Under the pieces are notes generated by a model. That model had not been told where the DNA came from and did not search any database. It worked only from the letters and a program-made list of their open reading frames with translations. A stretch of DNA of 64,000 nucleotides, taken from an uncultured Gemmatimonadales bacterium. GTDB taxonomy: Bacteria; Gemmatimonadota; Gemmatimonadetes; Gemmatimonadales; Gemmatimonadaceae. The stretch lies in contig OY969695.1 of the NCBI GenBank assembly GCA_963701965.1, forward strand, positions 3,008,001-3,072,000, read 5' to 3'. Below are positions 42,600 to 54,047 of the stretch, one piece after another. Every line of letters begins with the position of its first letter. Position 1 is the stretch's first letter. The position numbers were made by a program, and so were the translations under genes.

Positions 42600-43150
42600 G
42601 GGGACGCGTAATATCCGCCCGCGGCCTGTAGCGATTTTCCCACTGCTCTCCCAACTTCGACGGCTCGTTCATTACGGCGAGTATCGTGTCGGGATCGGGC
42701 TGCTGATAGCACTTCAATAACATTCGCGTTCCTTTCCATCCGCCGGCTGCTGCTACATCAACCAGCGGGAGATGCTTGCGCTCGGTCGCCCACTCTCGAC
42801 GGTACGGGTGCCATGCGCCGAGCGGTAGTGGTCGGAGATCGGCTTTCTCTTCAGCAACGTGCAGCCAGAAGAGAAACATTCTTCGATTCATGAGCCGCAA
42901 CGGACCGCGCTCACCGGTGAATATCGGCCCCGATGTACCGAGCTGCAGCTGAAACGCGGGGATCTCGTCGTAGAGACGACTGGGCAACGGGATGATCCAA
43001 TCGTTGTTTCGCTTATCCGCATCGGCCTTCCAGTAGATGCAGCCTTGCTGGAGATCGATGTCCTCCCACTCAAGCGCCTGAATTGATCCGAGCCGTCGCC
43101 CGGTAGTTTCGGCGAGCAACAGCGCGAACTCGATCTTGATCCACCGATTT
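42600..43150 (-). pseudogene. Tyrosine recombinase/integrase catalytic-domain fragment (5'-truncated)
   Basis: TG.R.GSI..LEWEDID, WH.YRR.WAT, GGW......Y. Confidence 0.82.
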
Positions 43151-43174
43151 TGACCGTGAGATCGTCCGCTTCGC

Positions 43175-44053
43175 GTGCCAGCTGTTGGAGCGCGGCACGC
43201 GTCTCCGCCGGTGGATGCCGCGGCAGCGCACGCCGCGTTGATGGTGCGGATATCCAATCGAGCGCGCACTCCGGTAGTATCGAGCGTTCGACCGGTGCCG
43301 CGATGGCGCGCTGCCCTGGTGATGGGCTTGGGTGGAGCGGCAGTGTTCTTCACCGTCCTGACCTTCGTACCAAGCGTCCGCCGGTTGATCGCATTGGCCG
43401 TGGGCGCGCCGGCGGACATCGAACTTGCTACGGCGATCGGCGAGACGCGGTCTATCCGACTACCAGATGGATCGCGAGCTACGCTCGAGCCAGACAGCCG
43501 GCTCTCGTACCACGCGTCGCTCTTCGAAAGGGAGCACGTGGTGACGCTCCGGGGCGCGGCCACCTTCGATGTGGTACCTCAGGGGTTCGGCATATTCCGG
43601 GTTGCTGCCGGTCAGGTATTCGTCCAGGTCCAGGGGACACGGTTCACCGTCCGGTCGTATCCGGGCGACTCGAGCGCCAGCGCTTTCGTTTCGCGAGGGC
43701 GCGTGTTGGTGTCAGGCGTGGACCGTAGATCCGTGACCGTCAACACGGGGGAGCTGGCGCGCATCGTGGGTCGGACGGCGATAGTGGGATCTGGCAGTGC
43801 GGACGATCGGGTCTCCTGGGACGGAAGGACGCTGCGGTTTGATCGTGTGCCGCTGTCCGAGGCGATCGAGGCACTAAGGCACTGGTACGGCCTCCCGATT
43901 CGCCTGGGTGACGCGCATCTCGCGGCGCGGGTTGTTAGCTCCTCAATCCCTGTTACTCAGGATGACGGTATAGCTGCTCTCTGCGCAGCGGTAGGTGTTA
44001 GAGCCCAGCGATCATTGGGCGCCGTCGTTCTGTACGATGTCGCACCTGACTGA
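43175..44053 (+). CDS. FecR-family protein, probably 5'-truncated
   Basis: TM then T..GE.RSI.LPDGS...L, L.G.A.FDV, V.GTRF.V, L.FD.VPL.E. Confidence 0.75.
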   Translation: MPAVGARHASPPVDAAAAHAALMVRISNRARTPVVSSVRPVPRWRAALVMGLGGAAVFFTVLTFVPSVRRLIALAVGAPADIELATAIGETRSIRLPDGSRATLEPDSRLSYHASLFEREHVVTLRGAATFDVVPQGFGIFRVAAGQVFVQVQGTRFTVRSYPGDSSASAFVSRGRVLVSGVDRRSVTVNTGELARIVGRTAIVGSGSADDRVSWDGRTLRFDRVPLSEAIEALRHWYGLPIRLGDAHLAARVVSSSIPVTQDDGIAALCAAVGVRAQRSLGAVVLYDVAPD

Positions 44054-44225
44054 ACCCGAGATGCGACCGCAGCGATTTTATCATTGTTACGATCGCGCCG
44101 AATCGTTTAGCCGAAGATGTTGATGAGAATGGATGAGCGGATTTTTGCGTGGAGGGAGACGCACGCACGAAGGGGCCGCGAGTGAAAAGCCTCGGCCGCG
44201 TCGTGATTTGACATGGATTGCGCAG

Positions 44226-44243
44226 TTTTACAGATCTGTAAAA
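44226..44243. promoter_or_regulatory. Perfect 18-bp palindrome, candidate operator
   Basis: TTTTACAGATCTGTAAAA, 12 bp downstream of TTGACA (44208-44213). Confidence 0.45.
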
Positions 44244-44469
44244 TCGCGATATTTGCCGATCTGGTCTTCGGATGCCGGACCGCCCCCTAGCATGGTCCAG
44301 GCGCCGTAGCGTCGTCTTGCCGATTGCGGCAACGTGCTAACCAGGAAGTCAGGTACCGTTTGATTTACTGCATTTTACGGCAAAACACTGACATTTTTTA
44401 CGGAGATCGACTAGCGCTTGATGGACGATGAGCTGCAGCAGGATCCTTCGCCGCTACGGCCGAGGGCTG

Positions 44470-45000
44470 ATGACAGCGCCTCGAGGCATGGGAGTATCAC
44501 TGTCGAGACACGATCGACTGAGCGTAGCGCCAAAGCGCATCGGCGCCGCGGCCGCGACGCCGTAGGTAGTCTCGGAGCGCCTCGATTGCGACGTCAGCGC
44601 CCACCTTGTTGCGGAGCTTGAAGCAGTCGACGACCGTCTTCGCGGCGTCGAAGACTCGCACGGATGCGCCGTCGATTTGGTGTACCTTGACGCAAGCCGC
44701 GAGAGCCGCTCCGGAGAGGTCAACGATCCGAAGGGGAGTTCAGGTTCACGCGGGGTACGCGCGTTATGGGCGATGGTGACCCAAAACTCGCCTGGGTTCC
44801 GGCGGCGGGACCACGAAATCGCAGGGCAGTAAGCAGGCGGATAACGCCGTGCGGGACACGGATCGCCGTCTCGGCGAGCATCCGCTTTTCGGCGAAACCT
44901 CGTCGAGCGTCATGTAGATCCCGCGTGCGGTTCGTTCGAGGCGGCCGGCGGCGCACAGCCGCCGTAGTAGCATTGGGTCGAGACGGACGGTTTGAGATCC
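44470..45000 (-). pseudogene. Type IV TA antitoxin AbiEi remnant
   Basis: LER.ARGIY, RVP.GV..L.TAL.F, and AKTVVDCFK.RNKVG.DVA.EAL in shifted frames; no AbiEii partner. Confidence 0.75.
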
Positions 45001-45169
45001 CGCGGTCTGAGGATTCTACGGGGTTTGATCAGCGCCAGTAAGTGATCAGGTCCAGACCTGGCAGGGTCGTCTTGAAACGTGGGCATTTGTCAATATATGC
45101 CGAGGTTTAGAAACATCCCCTCCGACCAAGATCGGGACGGCAAGTAACAATGATGCGCGGATCGGTCAC

Positions 45170-46000
45170 GCTGCGACGCTAGCAGGACCCCCGAATTGCG
45201 TTCCAGCAGGTTGGCGAGTCGGTCGAGATACGTGTTGAGGCTCAGGTTGTGAGCTTTGGCGAGCAGTCTAAGGTCGCGACCGACGTTGGTGCGCCACCTT
45301 CGATTCGTCGAGCTGCCGTTCAGACAAGCCGCCGAGGCCGGACTGCCGGATCCATTTTTCTGGGGCAAAACTGTAATAGCCTTTCCGTATTCGTGGTTGT
45401 GAGTCGCCTTCGCGACCCTGGCCTTCTCCCGATACTCAGGATCGATTGCGTTGCGGATCGTGTCGAGGTCAATGTGGGTGTCTGTCGAGGGCCAGTGGAA
45501 AAAACTCCCGTCCTTGTTACCTTAAACTCCTGGCGTTCCGCGTGTGGGATCGCGGCGAGAGCCGGAACGTCATTGAAGGCGATCTCGTAGGTAGTCGCAG
45601 CGCACTGAGATGACGAACAGCTATCGCCCGCAATCGTTGCTTTTGCGATCAGCTGATGCTGAGCGCCACGAGTCCATGCGCGCATGACACTGCGCGGGAC
45701 ATCTCCGCCGCGACGGGCAGCGCGTTTCGCAGTGTGTGTAGATTCGCGCGTTCGAGCATCTGCGGCAGCCACGACGGATCGGCATTCTGGCGCACCAACA
45801 AGGCGCGCAGCTGATGCCGCCGATCGGCCGCATGGAGAGGTCTGGAAAAGCCGTAGCTGGGTGGCTGAGCAAAGAACGAACAGATTCTGCACGTGGTCGC
45901 TGAGATCTCTTGGGGCGGCGAGCACCTTGATTCCTGGACTCGAGGCGATCGCGTGGCTGTCCGTGTCGCACTGAACGACATTGAATTCAATCTCTGCGCC
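45170..46000 (-). pseudogene. DUF2442-like plus XRE-HTH antitoxin remnant
   Basis: Frameshifted HWP..D.HIDLD.IR.AIDPE...YGKAI...LAKAH.LSLN.YLD. Confidence 0.55.
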
Positions 46001-46007
46001 GTCGTCC

Positions 46008-46260
46008 TTAGCGGGGAGATAGTTTCGCCTCCCATTCCTCAAATAGCTCTGCTCGATGAGCGAGCACTTCGTCCAATATCGCATCCGGTCTGATCGAGAT
46101 GGATCGGAACCCCACTCCATCTCGTAGCTTAGGTCTTCAGCTCCACTCAAAAGAAAGAACACCCGAATCTCCCACTCGCCGCGGATTTTCGCGTGAAAGT
46201 GAGGGGGCTGGTGATCGACGAGTTGAACCATAGCTGCAAGCCTGCTAAGGAAAACGCATT
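46008..46260 (-). pseudogene. DUF4160-like toxin remnant
   Basis: DH.PPHFH motif and HRAELFEEWE end in a shifted frame. Confidence 0.6.
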
Positions 46261-46943
46261 GGGTCGACCCATGGCTCCTCAACCACTCGTGCACGTGAAA
46301 TAATAGTAATACCAAGTGGACATTTAAGCAATCGCCAGCGAACTACATGTGTCCGCTCACTTGACTGTTGCCGCTGGGAACGGTTTACCGCGGATATGCG
46401 GCCGGCGGTCGCATATCCCAATTGATGGCAATCCAAGGCAGGTCGACGCTGTGTCGAAGTCCTGCGGGGAACCATCGGCTTGGGTGCAAACCATGATTGG
46501 CGACGGGTACGTCTACGGTGAATTGTGAACCTACCCGCCTGCCCGACACCGGGACTCATTACCCAACACTCGACGGCACGCCTGCGGCATGGAAATCAGC
46601 CGCGGGATTACATGTCGCGCACGCCCCGCCAGCGTTCTTAAAGACGCGGATCTCGTCGGGACCGGGTTCCGGGACGGGGAGTTCCGCAGTCACCTCGAAC
46701 TGAGGGAAGATCTATCATCATCAGGATCAGGAATGCAGTGCTGGAGTGCCTTTTCGCAGCACAGGGAAGACGAGCGTGACTCTGGATTTTCGAGCACGGG
46801 CCACGAACTCACTGGTCACGCATGGCCAGAAGCGGGCGAGGGCAATGGGCGGGCCCGGTGCCCGGCCGAGCGGGATCCGTGACGGTGCGGATCATGGCGC
46901 GGTCCCGAGAGTACAGGATGCTGGGGATGACCTGACCGTCGGG

Positions 46944-47378
46944 CTACGTCACGCGCCACAGGGACAATCTCCAACGTGGACGGCGCTCAGGATGCACGGG
47001 GGTGAGCTCGGACGGGCGATCATGGGTGGCCCGCTGACGAGATCGCGGTGCGCCACCGTGTAGTTCGCTTCGTAGGCGTCGAGGCTGCCCTCGAAATCGC
47101 GGGGGCACTCGAGTTCCGGCGGGTCGTGCAGCAAGCGACTCCGACCTCGGCGACTCCTGAACGGGTTTGATCTCGGCGCCCCACCACGCGGAGGGGGGAT
47201 CGAGACGGATATAGCGCCGCAGGATTGCCGCCTCGGCGACGGCGGCCGGCCAACGACCGGCGGCGAGTTCCGCGTCGATGAACGAGGCGCGGGGGATGCC
47301 GTCGACGACCAGTAAGCCCTCACAGGCAATGATCACCAACTCGACGGCGCGGACGGGACGTGCTTCCGATGGTGCCAC
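46944..47378 (-). CDS. Hypothetical protein, possibly degraded
   Basis: GGAGG before GTG; TATAAT about 140 nt upstream. Confidence 0.3.
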   Translation of the reverse strand: MAPSEARPVRAVELVIIACEGLLVVDGIPRASFIDAELAAGRWPAAVAEAAILRRYIRLDPPSAWWGAEIKPVQESPRSESLAARPAGTRVPPRFRGQPRRLRSELHGGAPRSRQRATHDRPSELTPVHPERRPRWRLSLWRVT

Positions 47379-48779
47379 GAGACCTCCGGATGACGGTCCG
47401 CAGGAGCACGCGAGATAGGATGGGCGTGCCCCTCGGCGTTGATTGCGGTCAGTCCGCGAACCGGGAAAGGGGGAGCGGGGTGGCTCGCTTTGCGAGCGGG
47501 GAAGATAGGCACAATCATTATAAAAAGTGACGACTAAATAGCTTGTGCATCATTGCGACGTCGTGTTGGTGTCGCCCGCAGAGCCGAGCCAATCCCACCC
47601 GGCACCCCCACGACAAAGGGCGAGTTTCGCATGGACGGTGGGGTGGACACCGCAAGCGGGCGTGCCGAGATGATGCACCGGCGGGCAACAGGAAATGGAG
47701 CGCCCAGCGCAGTCCGATGCAGTACACCGGCGAGCCGGTGAGCGGACGATTAGTCAGGAGGGCGGGGGCGATGACTGGACAGTATACCGATTCTTTGGTC
47801 CTTTGTCATGGATATGTGATGGGACTTCATGGGGCTGTGGAATGCGCTTGCCTGTTCGTCTTTCGTCGGAACTGATCCTCCATCGTGAACGTACCGTGAC
47901 CCTGAATGGCGGGTATATTGAGGCCTACGAGCTCGACCTTCATTGGAACCGCTTCACCTGGGGGTCGATGTCCTCGATAACGGCGGGATGTCGACTTACG
48001 ATGTCGAGTGTGAGAAGGTCGGCCACGTTGCCGTCGACAGCGAGAGTCGCGGCGAGAAGGGGGACGAGAACTACCTAACTGTGGATCGATGAGGCGCGAT
48101 AAGTTTCTATTTCTGAGTAGGGGCCATTACGATCAGAATGTGGAACATGACGCACATTCGGGGGCGGCGTGCGTCATTGTTGTTGCTGGATTCCGGTGGG
48201 ATAGAGAGAGGGTATCCGGTTACCCCTCCAGGACCAGGGGCGTGGTGTGGCTACACCGCGCAGGAATCGAGTAGACTGTTTGGCGCGCCGGTCCGGCTCA
48301 ACCCTGGATGACCATCGAACGGGGTTTGGACTGACATGGCGCCGCCGGCTGTCGACATGTCGTGGTCGCAGTTCCTCTGGGTTTCGTGGCCATCTAGCTG
48401 ATTTTCGGAGCATTCTGTGTCACGGTGTTTCTTGCCTGGCACTTCAAGTACGATGCGAGCCTCGGCCCACCCCGATTCGTGGCGACCCGTATGCGAGCGC
48501 TCGGGCTCCACCTCGGCGGACTTGGAGCGGGTTACGTCGTGATTGGGCTGATCTGGACAAGCGCCACCGATGGTCCATCCCGCGCGCGCGCTCGCCGTGT
48601 TAGCCTCCTGTTCGCTGCACATTGGCCGATCTATGCACCGCAGAAGGACTCCTCTGGCTCTTCCTCCTGTGAAAGACGCCGAATTCCACGCGCTGCTCTG
48701 CACTCCGCGTACGTGTGGCGGTGCGTCCGCGGCAGCAATCGGCGCCACCTTTGGAGTCGGCCAAGCCCACACAAACGCG

Positions 48780-49180
48780 AACTATCGGGCTCTCATGGGT
48801 CTGCGCGGTGGGGTGACGCGGCGACGCTGGTTGGGGCGACAGGTCTGCTTATTGGACGGGATCGTCGATCGAAGGTCATGCGGGACCCGGGCGATGGCCA
48901 CTTGCTGACGGTGGCGCCGGCGCGCTCGGGCAAGGGAATCAGTGTCGCGATCCCGAACCTGCTGTTATACGATGGTCCGTTGGCTCTGCGACCCCAAAGG
49001 CGAGAACTACGCTGTCACCGGAGCGCGCCGGCTGGCAGTGGTGTGGCCGGTGCATGCCTTCGATCCATTCAACGTCGCTGGAGGGCGAGCGGCATACAAT
49101 CCGCTTGACTTGATTGACGTGGAGCGCGACAGCGCCAATGACGATGCGTGGAGGCTCGCCGACACGCCGGTGGTGGGGAG
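48780..49180 (+). pseudogene. VirD4/TraG type IV coupling protein fragment
   Basis: HGSARW, HLLTVAP.RSGKG...IPNLL, DPKGE, FDPF, YNPLD across frames. Confidence 0.8.
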
Positions 49181-49569
49181 CCACCGGCGCAGACGTGCTG
49201 GACGAAATTCGGATGCTGGGCGATGACCCGGTCAGCGCGGTGAATTTGGAGGCGACACCGTCACCGTCAGCAATATCAATCAGCAGTGGGGCTGCGTCGC
49301 CTATACGAACGCACCCATCGACGCCCCATTGGATGTCATCCGAATGGGTTATGACTCGACCTTCGCGGCCGCGATGAAAATCATACCACATTGCGATTGG
49401 AGTGGTCGGTTCGATTTGGGGACGTTTGCGCTTGGCGATAGTGCATCGTCAATGGGATGGACGCGGCGAAGTTGAACTGGCCCGCCGAGACTTTCGGGCG
49501 CCACTGGCAGGATCCGTTCTACTCCCAGTCGACCGATCCCCGGTGGAGCGCACGTCGTCGCCGGCCGAC

Positions 49570-50226
49570 GGGACTGACGGGAGAGATCGACCTGCGAAAC
49601 CGTTTCATGACCCCGCGACCAGGCGGTTCACGGAGGAGGACCCGATCGGCCTGGCGGGTGGCCTGAGTGCGTATGGCTTCACAGCCGGTGATCCGGTCAA
49701 TTACTCGGACCCGTTTGGACTCTGCCCTCCTCAAGACAAGAACTACAGCACCTGCGCACACGGTTCTAGGGAGTGGAAGGCGGGCGCTAATCGCAGCCAG
49801 ACCAACGTCGCATTTACCTCAGTGAATCCGGTTGTTATGGCCGGTGTGTCCGTTGCACTGAGCCCAGGCGCTGGTCCGGTCGTTTCCGCCGGGGTGTACG
49901 AGGATAGGTATGGTGTCGGCTTCTATTTTACTCCAGGATTTAGTGTGGGCCAAAATCTCGGAATTACTCGTGAACTTGGAGGTCGAACATTGGCAGCTGC
50001 TCTAGGGGGCGATTCGCAGGGCGGGTGCGGAGGCATTCTGGTGACGATTTGTCACACGAGCAACAGCAATGGTGGAACTACTACAGTTAGCGCCGGCGCT
50101 GGGACTCCTGCAACCGCGGCCGCGACTTCGACCACTACATTTCTCTCTCCCACGGCACCAACTCCTTGCGCAACCTCTACTACCAGCCTAGCATGCCGAG
50201 CGACCCTAGGACCTTACACACCCTAG
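49570..50226 (+). CDS. Orphan Rhs core end plus C-terminal toxin domain
   Basis: DP...RF..EDPIGLAGG.S.Y.F..GDPVNYSDPFGL, then a ~165-aa Gly/Thr-rich CT; upstream core decayed. Confidence 0.8.
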   Translation, partial: GTDGRDRPAKPFHDPATRRFTEEDPIGLAGGLSAYGFTAGDPVNYSDPFGLCPPQDKNYSTCAHGSREWKAGANRSQTNVAFTSVNPVVMAGVSVALSPGAGPVVSAGVYEDRYGVGFYFTPGFSVGQNLGITRELGGRTLAAALGGDSQGGCGGILVTICHTSNSNGGTTTVSAGAGTPATAAATSTTTFLSPTAPTPCATSTTSLACRATLGPYTP

Positions 50227-50471
50227 CAGGATGCATTTTCGTGGGGCTGTCGTTCATGAATTGCATATTCTGGTTGTACCGGCTGTCAGCCTTTCGAAAG
50301 GACAGGCGCTGGGAAGGTAGTGTCTTCGGTGAACCATTCGACTTGAACTGGGAGATACTTGATCTGTCCAAGTACACCCCAGCGGGAAGACCTACCTACG
50401 CCGTGTTTATCGCTTCCACGATTGTCTTTTGGATCGGCGTAGGGGTCACGGCGTATTGGGCATGGTTATGA
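50193..50471 (+). CDS. Putative two-TM immunity protein
   Basis: Overlaps the Rhs CT stop; two hydrophobic helices; low GC. Confidence 0.55.
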   Translation: MPSDPRTLHTLAGCIFVGLSFMNCIFWLYRLSAFRKDRRWEGSVFGEPFDLNWEILDLSKYTPAGRPTYAVFIASTIVFWIGVGVTAYWAWL

Positions 50472-51118
50472 CCGTTTGTCTGCAGCCGAAGTGGCGTCTT
50501 GAGCACGACATTAAACGCTCGTGTGCTGCATGTTGCCGGTGGCAGACCCGGCGGAAGGTCGGGGTGCTATTTCGCCTCGCGGGGCATTCTGATCGTTGGC
50601 CCTCGTGCGGCGTCGAGGTGGATCAGCAGGCGACGGGTCAGGTGTGAATTCGGGCCTCGAGGGCCGTCCGGATCGCTGGACCTCGCGTGCGGCGTGGGAA
50701 AAGATTGGTGGTGGGGCAGGTCGAGGGTTAGGCGGGGCTCGTGGCCTGGTTACATTGCGGACCTCACCCCACCATGCCGAGGCGACGGGCGTGCGCGGTT
50801 CTCCGGCGTGGACGCTATCGCGCTCCCGTCGACTGGGCTGGTTGTGTGTGGCAAGCAACGTCGGTCAGTTGTCAAACAGCGCCGACCAGCAGCGTACGTA
50901 GCGGGACCTCCGCGCGACGATCAAATATCCTGGGTGCTCGACGGACGACATTGGCACGACACATATTTACGGACGCTTCGGGTCCGAGGGAGACCGTAAA
51001 ACGAGAGTAGGGCGGCGGTCACCCGGGCGGCGACGCGCAGGGCCGCGAGCAGTTCGTAGGCCTGAGCATCTCCCTCCACGCTCGGCTCACCAACGGGTAC
51101 TTCCGAACAGTCCCGTGC

Positions 51119-51593
51119 CTATGCGGCGCGATATGGTGAGCCGGCGTGCCCGGCCCGCCACGTCTCCTCGTCGAACGGCTCCGCGGTCTGCATAATGTGG
51201 AGGAGCATGGGCACGAGCTTGCGCGCGATCGCGCACACGGCGCTCACCTTCGAGCCGCCGTTCCGACGGCAGAGCGCGAGATAGCTATCCCGTGAGAGCC
51301 CCCGAGCCTGGCACCACCGCCCGGCGAGCAAGAGGAGCTGGCGCCGGAGCGCTGGCCGGCCACGCTTGGTCTGCTTGATCCGTCCCCGCACCGACGTCCC
51401 GTCTTCCTTCCCAGCGAGGTTCATGCCCGCGAGCTTGAGGACCTGGCGTGGCGAGACGTAGCTCGCCGGCGTTCCCAACTCGGCGACCAGCGTTGCCGCA
51501 CACACCACACTCACGCCAGGCACTGTCGTCAGCGCCGCCACGGCCGGCATTCCGCCCGCTAACGCCGCCAGTTGTCCCTCGACGGCCGCCGTG
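51119..51593 (-). pseudogene. IS110-family transposase C-terminal fragment
   Basis: L.TVPGV....AATLVAE.G, LAG.N, .KRGR..LR, A..AIARKL; cut off at the IS3 end. Confidence 0.85.
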
Positions 51594-51692
51594 TGCGGGC
51601 CTGGGTCCCGCGGATTCTGAGTCCGGCGGCGGTCCCGTTTTGACAGCGTAGGGATTCGAGGCCAGACTCCCCTAACGGGGAGGAGGCCAGGA

Positions 51693-51959
51693 ATGCGGGG
51701 GAGTAAGTTCACCCCGGAGCAGATTCTGCAGGCGCTGCGGCAGGCAGAAGCCGGGACCGTCGTGGACGAGATCTGCCGGAAGCTGGGCGTGACCGAGACG
51801 ACGTTCTATCGTTGGAAGAAGCAGTACGCGGGGCTGGACGTGAGCGAGCTCCGGGAGCTGAAGCAGCTGCGCGAAGAGAACCGGCGATTGAAGCAGGTGG
51901 TCGCCGATCTCACGCTGGACAAGACGATCCTCCGGGACGCCCTGGGGTGGAAACGGTGA
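51693..51959 (+). CDS. IS3 transposase OrfA
   Basis: F..EQI...L, ICRKLGV.E.TFYRWKK.Y.G, EEN.RLK. Confidence 0.92.
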   Translation: MRGSKFTPEQILQALRQAEAGTVVDEICRKLGVTETTFYRWKKQYAGLDVSELRELKQLREENRRLKQVVADLTLDKTILRDALGWKR

Positions 51960-52498
51960 GCCCAGCCCACAGGCGCGAGGCGGTCGGCTGGGCGCAGTCG
52001 GCCTACCAGGTCAGCGAACGGCGGGCGTGTCACGCGTTGGTCGTCCATTGCGCACTGGTGCGCTACACGTCGGTGAAGCCGGATGACGCGCCCGTGCGCC
52101 GGCGGCTGCACGAGCTGGCGCTGGCGCGGCCGAGCTTTGGAGTGAAGCGATTGCACGTCATGCTGCGCCGCGACGGGCTGCCGATCAATCACAAGAAGAC
52201 GCGCCGTCTGTACCTCGAGGAACGGCTCCAGCTCAAGCCGCGGCGCCGCCGACGCCGTGCGGCCACGGTGCGCCAGCCCCGGGCTGTCGTCACGCGGGCG
52301 AACGAACGCTGGGCGATGGACTTCATGCACGACGTCTTGGCGACCGGCCGTACGGTCCGGGTGTTCACGCTCGTGGACGTGTGCACCTCGGTGGACAGTC
52401 AAATCCGGCCACTGATCGACGGTTGAAAAACCGGCCACCAGCCGGGGGGACGTCCGAGGCGTTGACGCCGAGGCGGCGGGCATTGTCCCTCCGCCGGC

Positions 52499-54047
52499 AT
52501 GAGCAACGTCTTGAAGGCCGACATCCAACAGCAGATCGTGGCGTTGGGGCGACTGGGGTGGTCGCTCCGGCGGATCGAATAGGGCGACCGGCGTGCGCCG
52601 GGAAGACGGCGAGCGCGTATCTCAAGGCGGCGGGCATTCCGGTGCGGGGGCGCGGCGGCCGGCCGCGCGCGTGGCCGCCGGCAAATCCGGCCACCACACC
52701 GGTGGTGTCCACCGACTCGACGGCGCCGACCGCGTCGCGGCGGGCGAGTGCGTGCGAGCCGTACCGCGAGCAGATCGTGGCCGGGGTGGCGCAGGGCCGC
52801 AACGCCATGGCGATCTGGCAAGACCTGGTCGACACGCACGGCTTCGCGGCCCGCTACGCGAGTGTCCGCCGGTTCATCCGGACGCTCCACGATCCGGCGG
52901 CCGTCGAGGCGCGCGTGGTGATCACGACCGCCCCGGGCGACGAGGCGCAGGTCGATTACGGCGAGGGGCCGATGGTGCGCGACCCCGCCACGGGGAAGTA
53001 CCGGCGCGTCCGGCTCTTCGTCCTGACGCTCGGCTACTCGCGGCAAGCTCGGTCCGGCTCCTCGTCTGGCGATCGAGCACCCAGATCTGGGCCGAGCTGC
53101 ATGAGCGCGCCTTCCGCCGGCTGGGCGGCACGGTGCGCGTCATCGTGCTTGACAACCTGCGCGAAGGCGTCCTCACGCCCGACGTCTACGACCCGACGCT
53201 CAATCCACTCTATCGCGACGTCTTGGCCCACTACCACGTCGTGGCCTTGCCGTGTCGCGTGCGGGATCCGGATCGCAAGGGCAAAGTCGAATCGGGGGTT
53301 GGCCACACGCAGCGGACGCCGCTCAAGGGCCTCCGCTTCGAGTCACTGGAGGCCGCGCAGACGTATCTCGATCAGTGGGAGACGCGCTGGGCCGATACGC
53401 GCATCCACGGCACGACCAAGCGGCAGGTCGCGGCGATGTTCGCCGAGGAACAGCCCACGCTCGGGCTGTCCGCCTCGAAACCCTTCCGCTACTACCGCTA
53501 CGGCACCCGCACGGTGCATCTCGACTGGGTGCGTCGAAGTGGAGGCGGCCTACTACAGCGCCCCACCCGGCTGGATCAGCCAGCGCGTGCAGGTCCAGTG
53601 GAACGATCTCTGGGTGCGCCTCCTCGCCCCCGACACGGGGCAACTCCTCCGGGAGCATCGGCGGACGGCCCGCGGCCGGCATCGGGGTGCACGACACCGA
53701 CCGCCCCGCTCGGACGCCGCTGACGACGCGTCGCCCTGCTCGCGCGGACCCAGCGCGCCGGCCCGCACATCGGCACGCTCTGCGACACGATCCACCGCCA
53801 GGACGGCGTGCTCGCCGTCCGTCGCATCCTCGGCGTCCTCGCCCTCGCCAAGCGCTACGGCCCGGCCGTCGTTGACGCGGCCGCGCACGCCGCCCTCGAG
53901 CTGGGCGTGCCCACCTATCGCTTCCTCCGCCGCTACCTCGAGCACCGCGTCCCCGTCCCCCTCACGCTCCGCCAAGTCGATCCCCTCATCCGGCAACTCA
54001 CCCTCTACCGCGACCTCATCGATCGCACGCTCGGAGATCCCCCATGA
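52499..54047 (+). pseudogene. istA: IS21 transposase IstA (stop plus several frameshifts)
   Basis: PG.EAQVD.G, L.YSR, DN...GV, KGKVE. Confidence 0.85.

Noticed and set aside
42382..43563. Intact 393-aa integrase
   Set aside because: The N-terminal part is the antisense of FecR and the tail reads through att; only ~180 aa are integrase-like.
47385..47525. Riboswitch in the minus-strand leader (GCTCGC-AAA-GCGAGC hairpin)
   Set aside because: Single hairpin with no match to an aptamer consensus I can recognise; an Rfam search would settle it.
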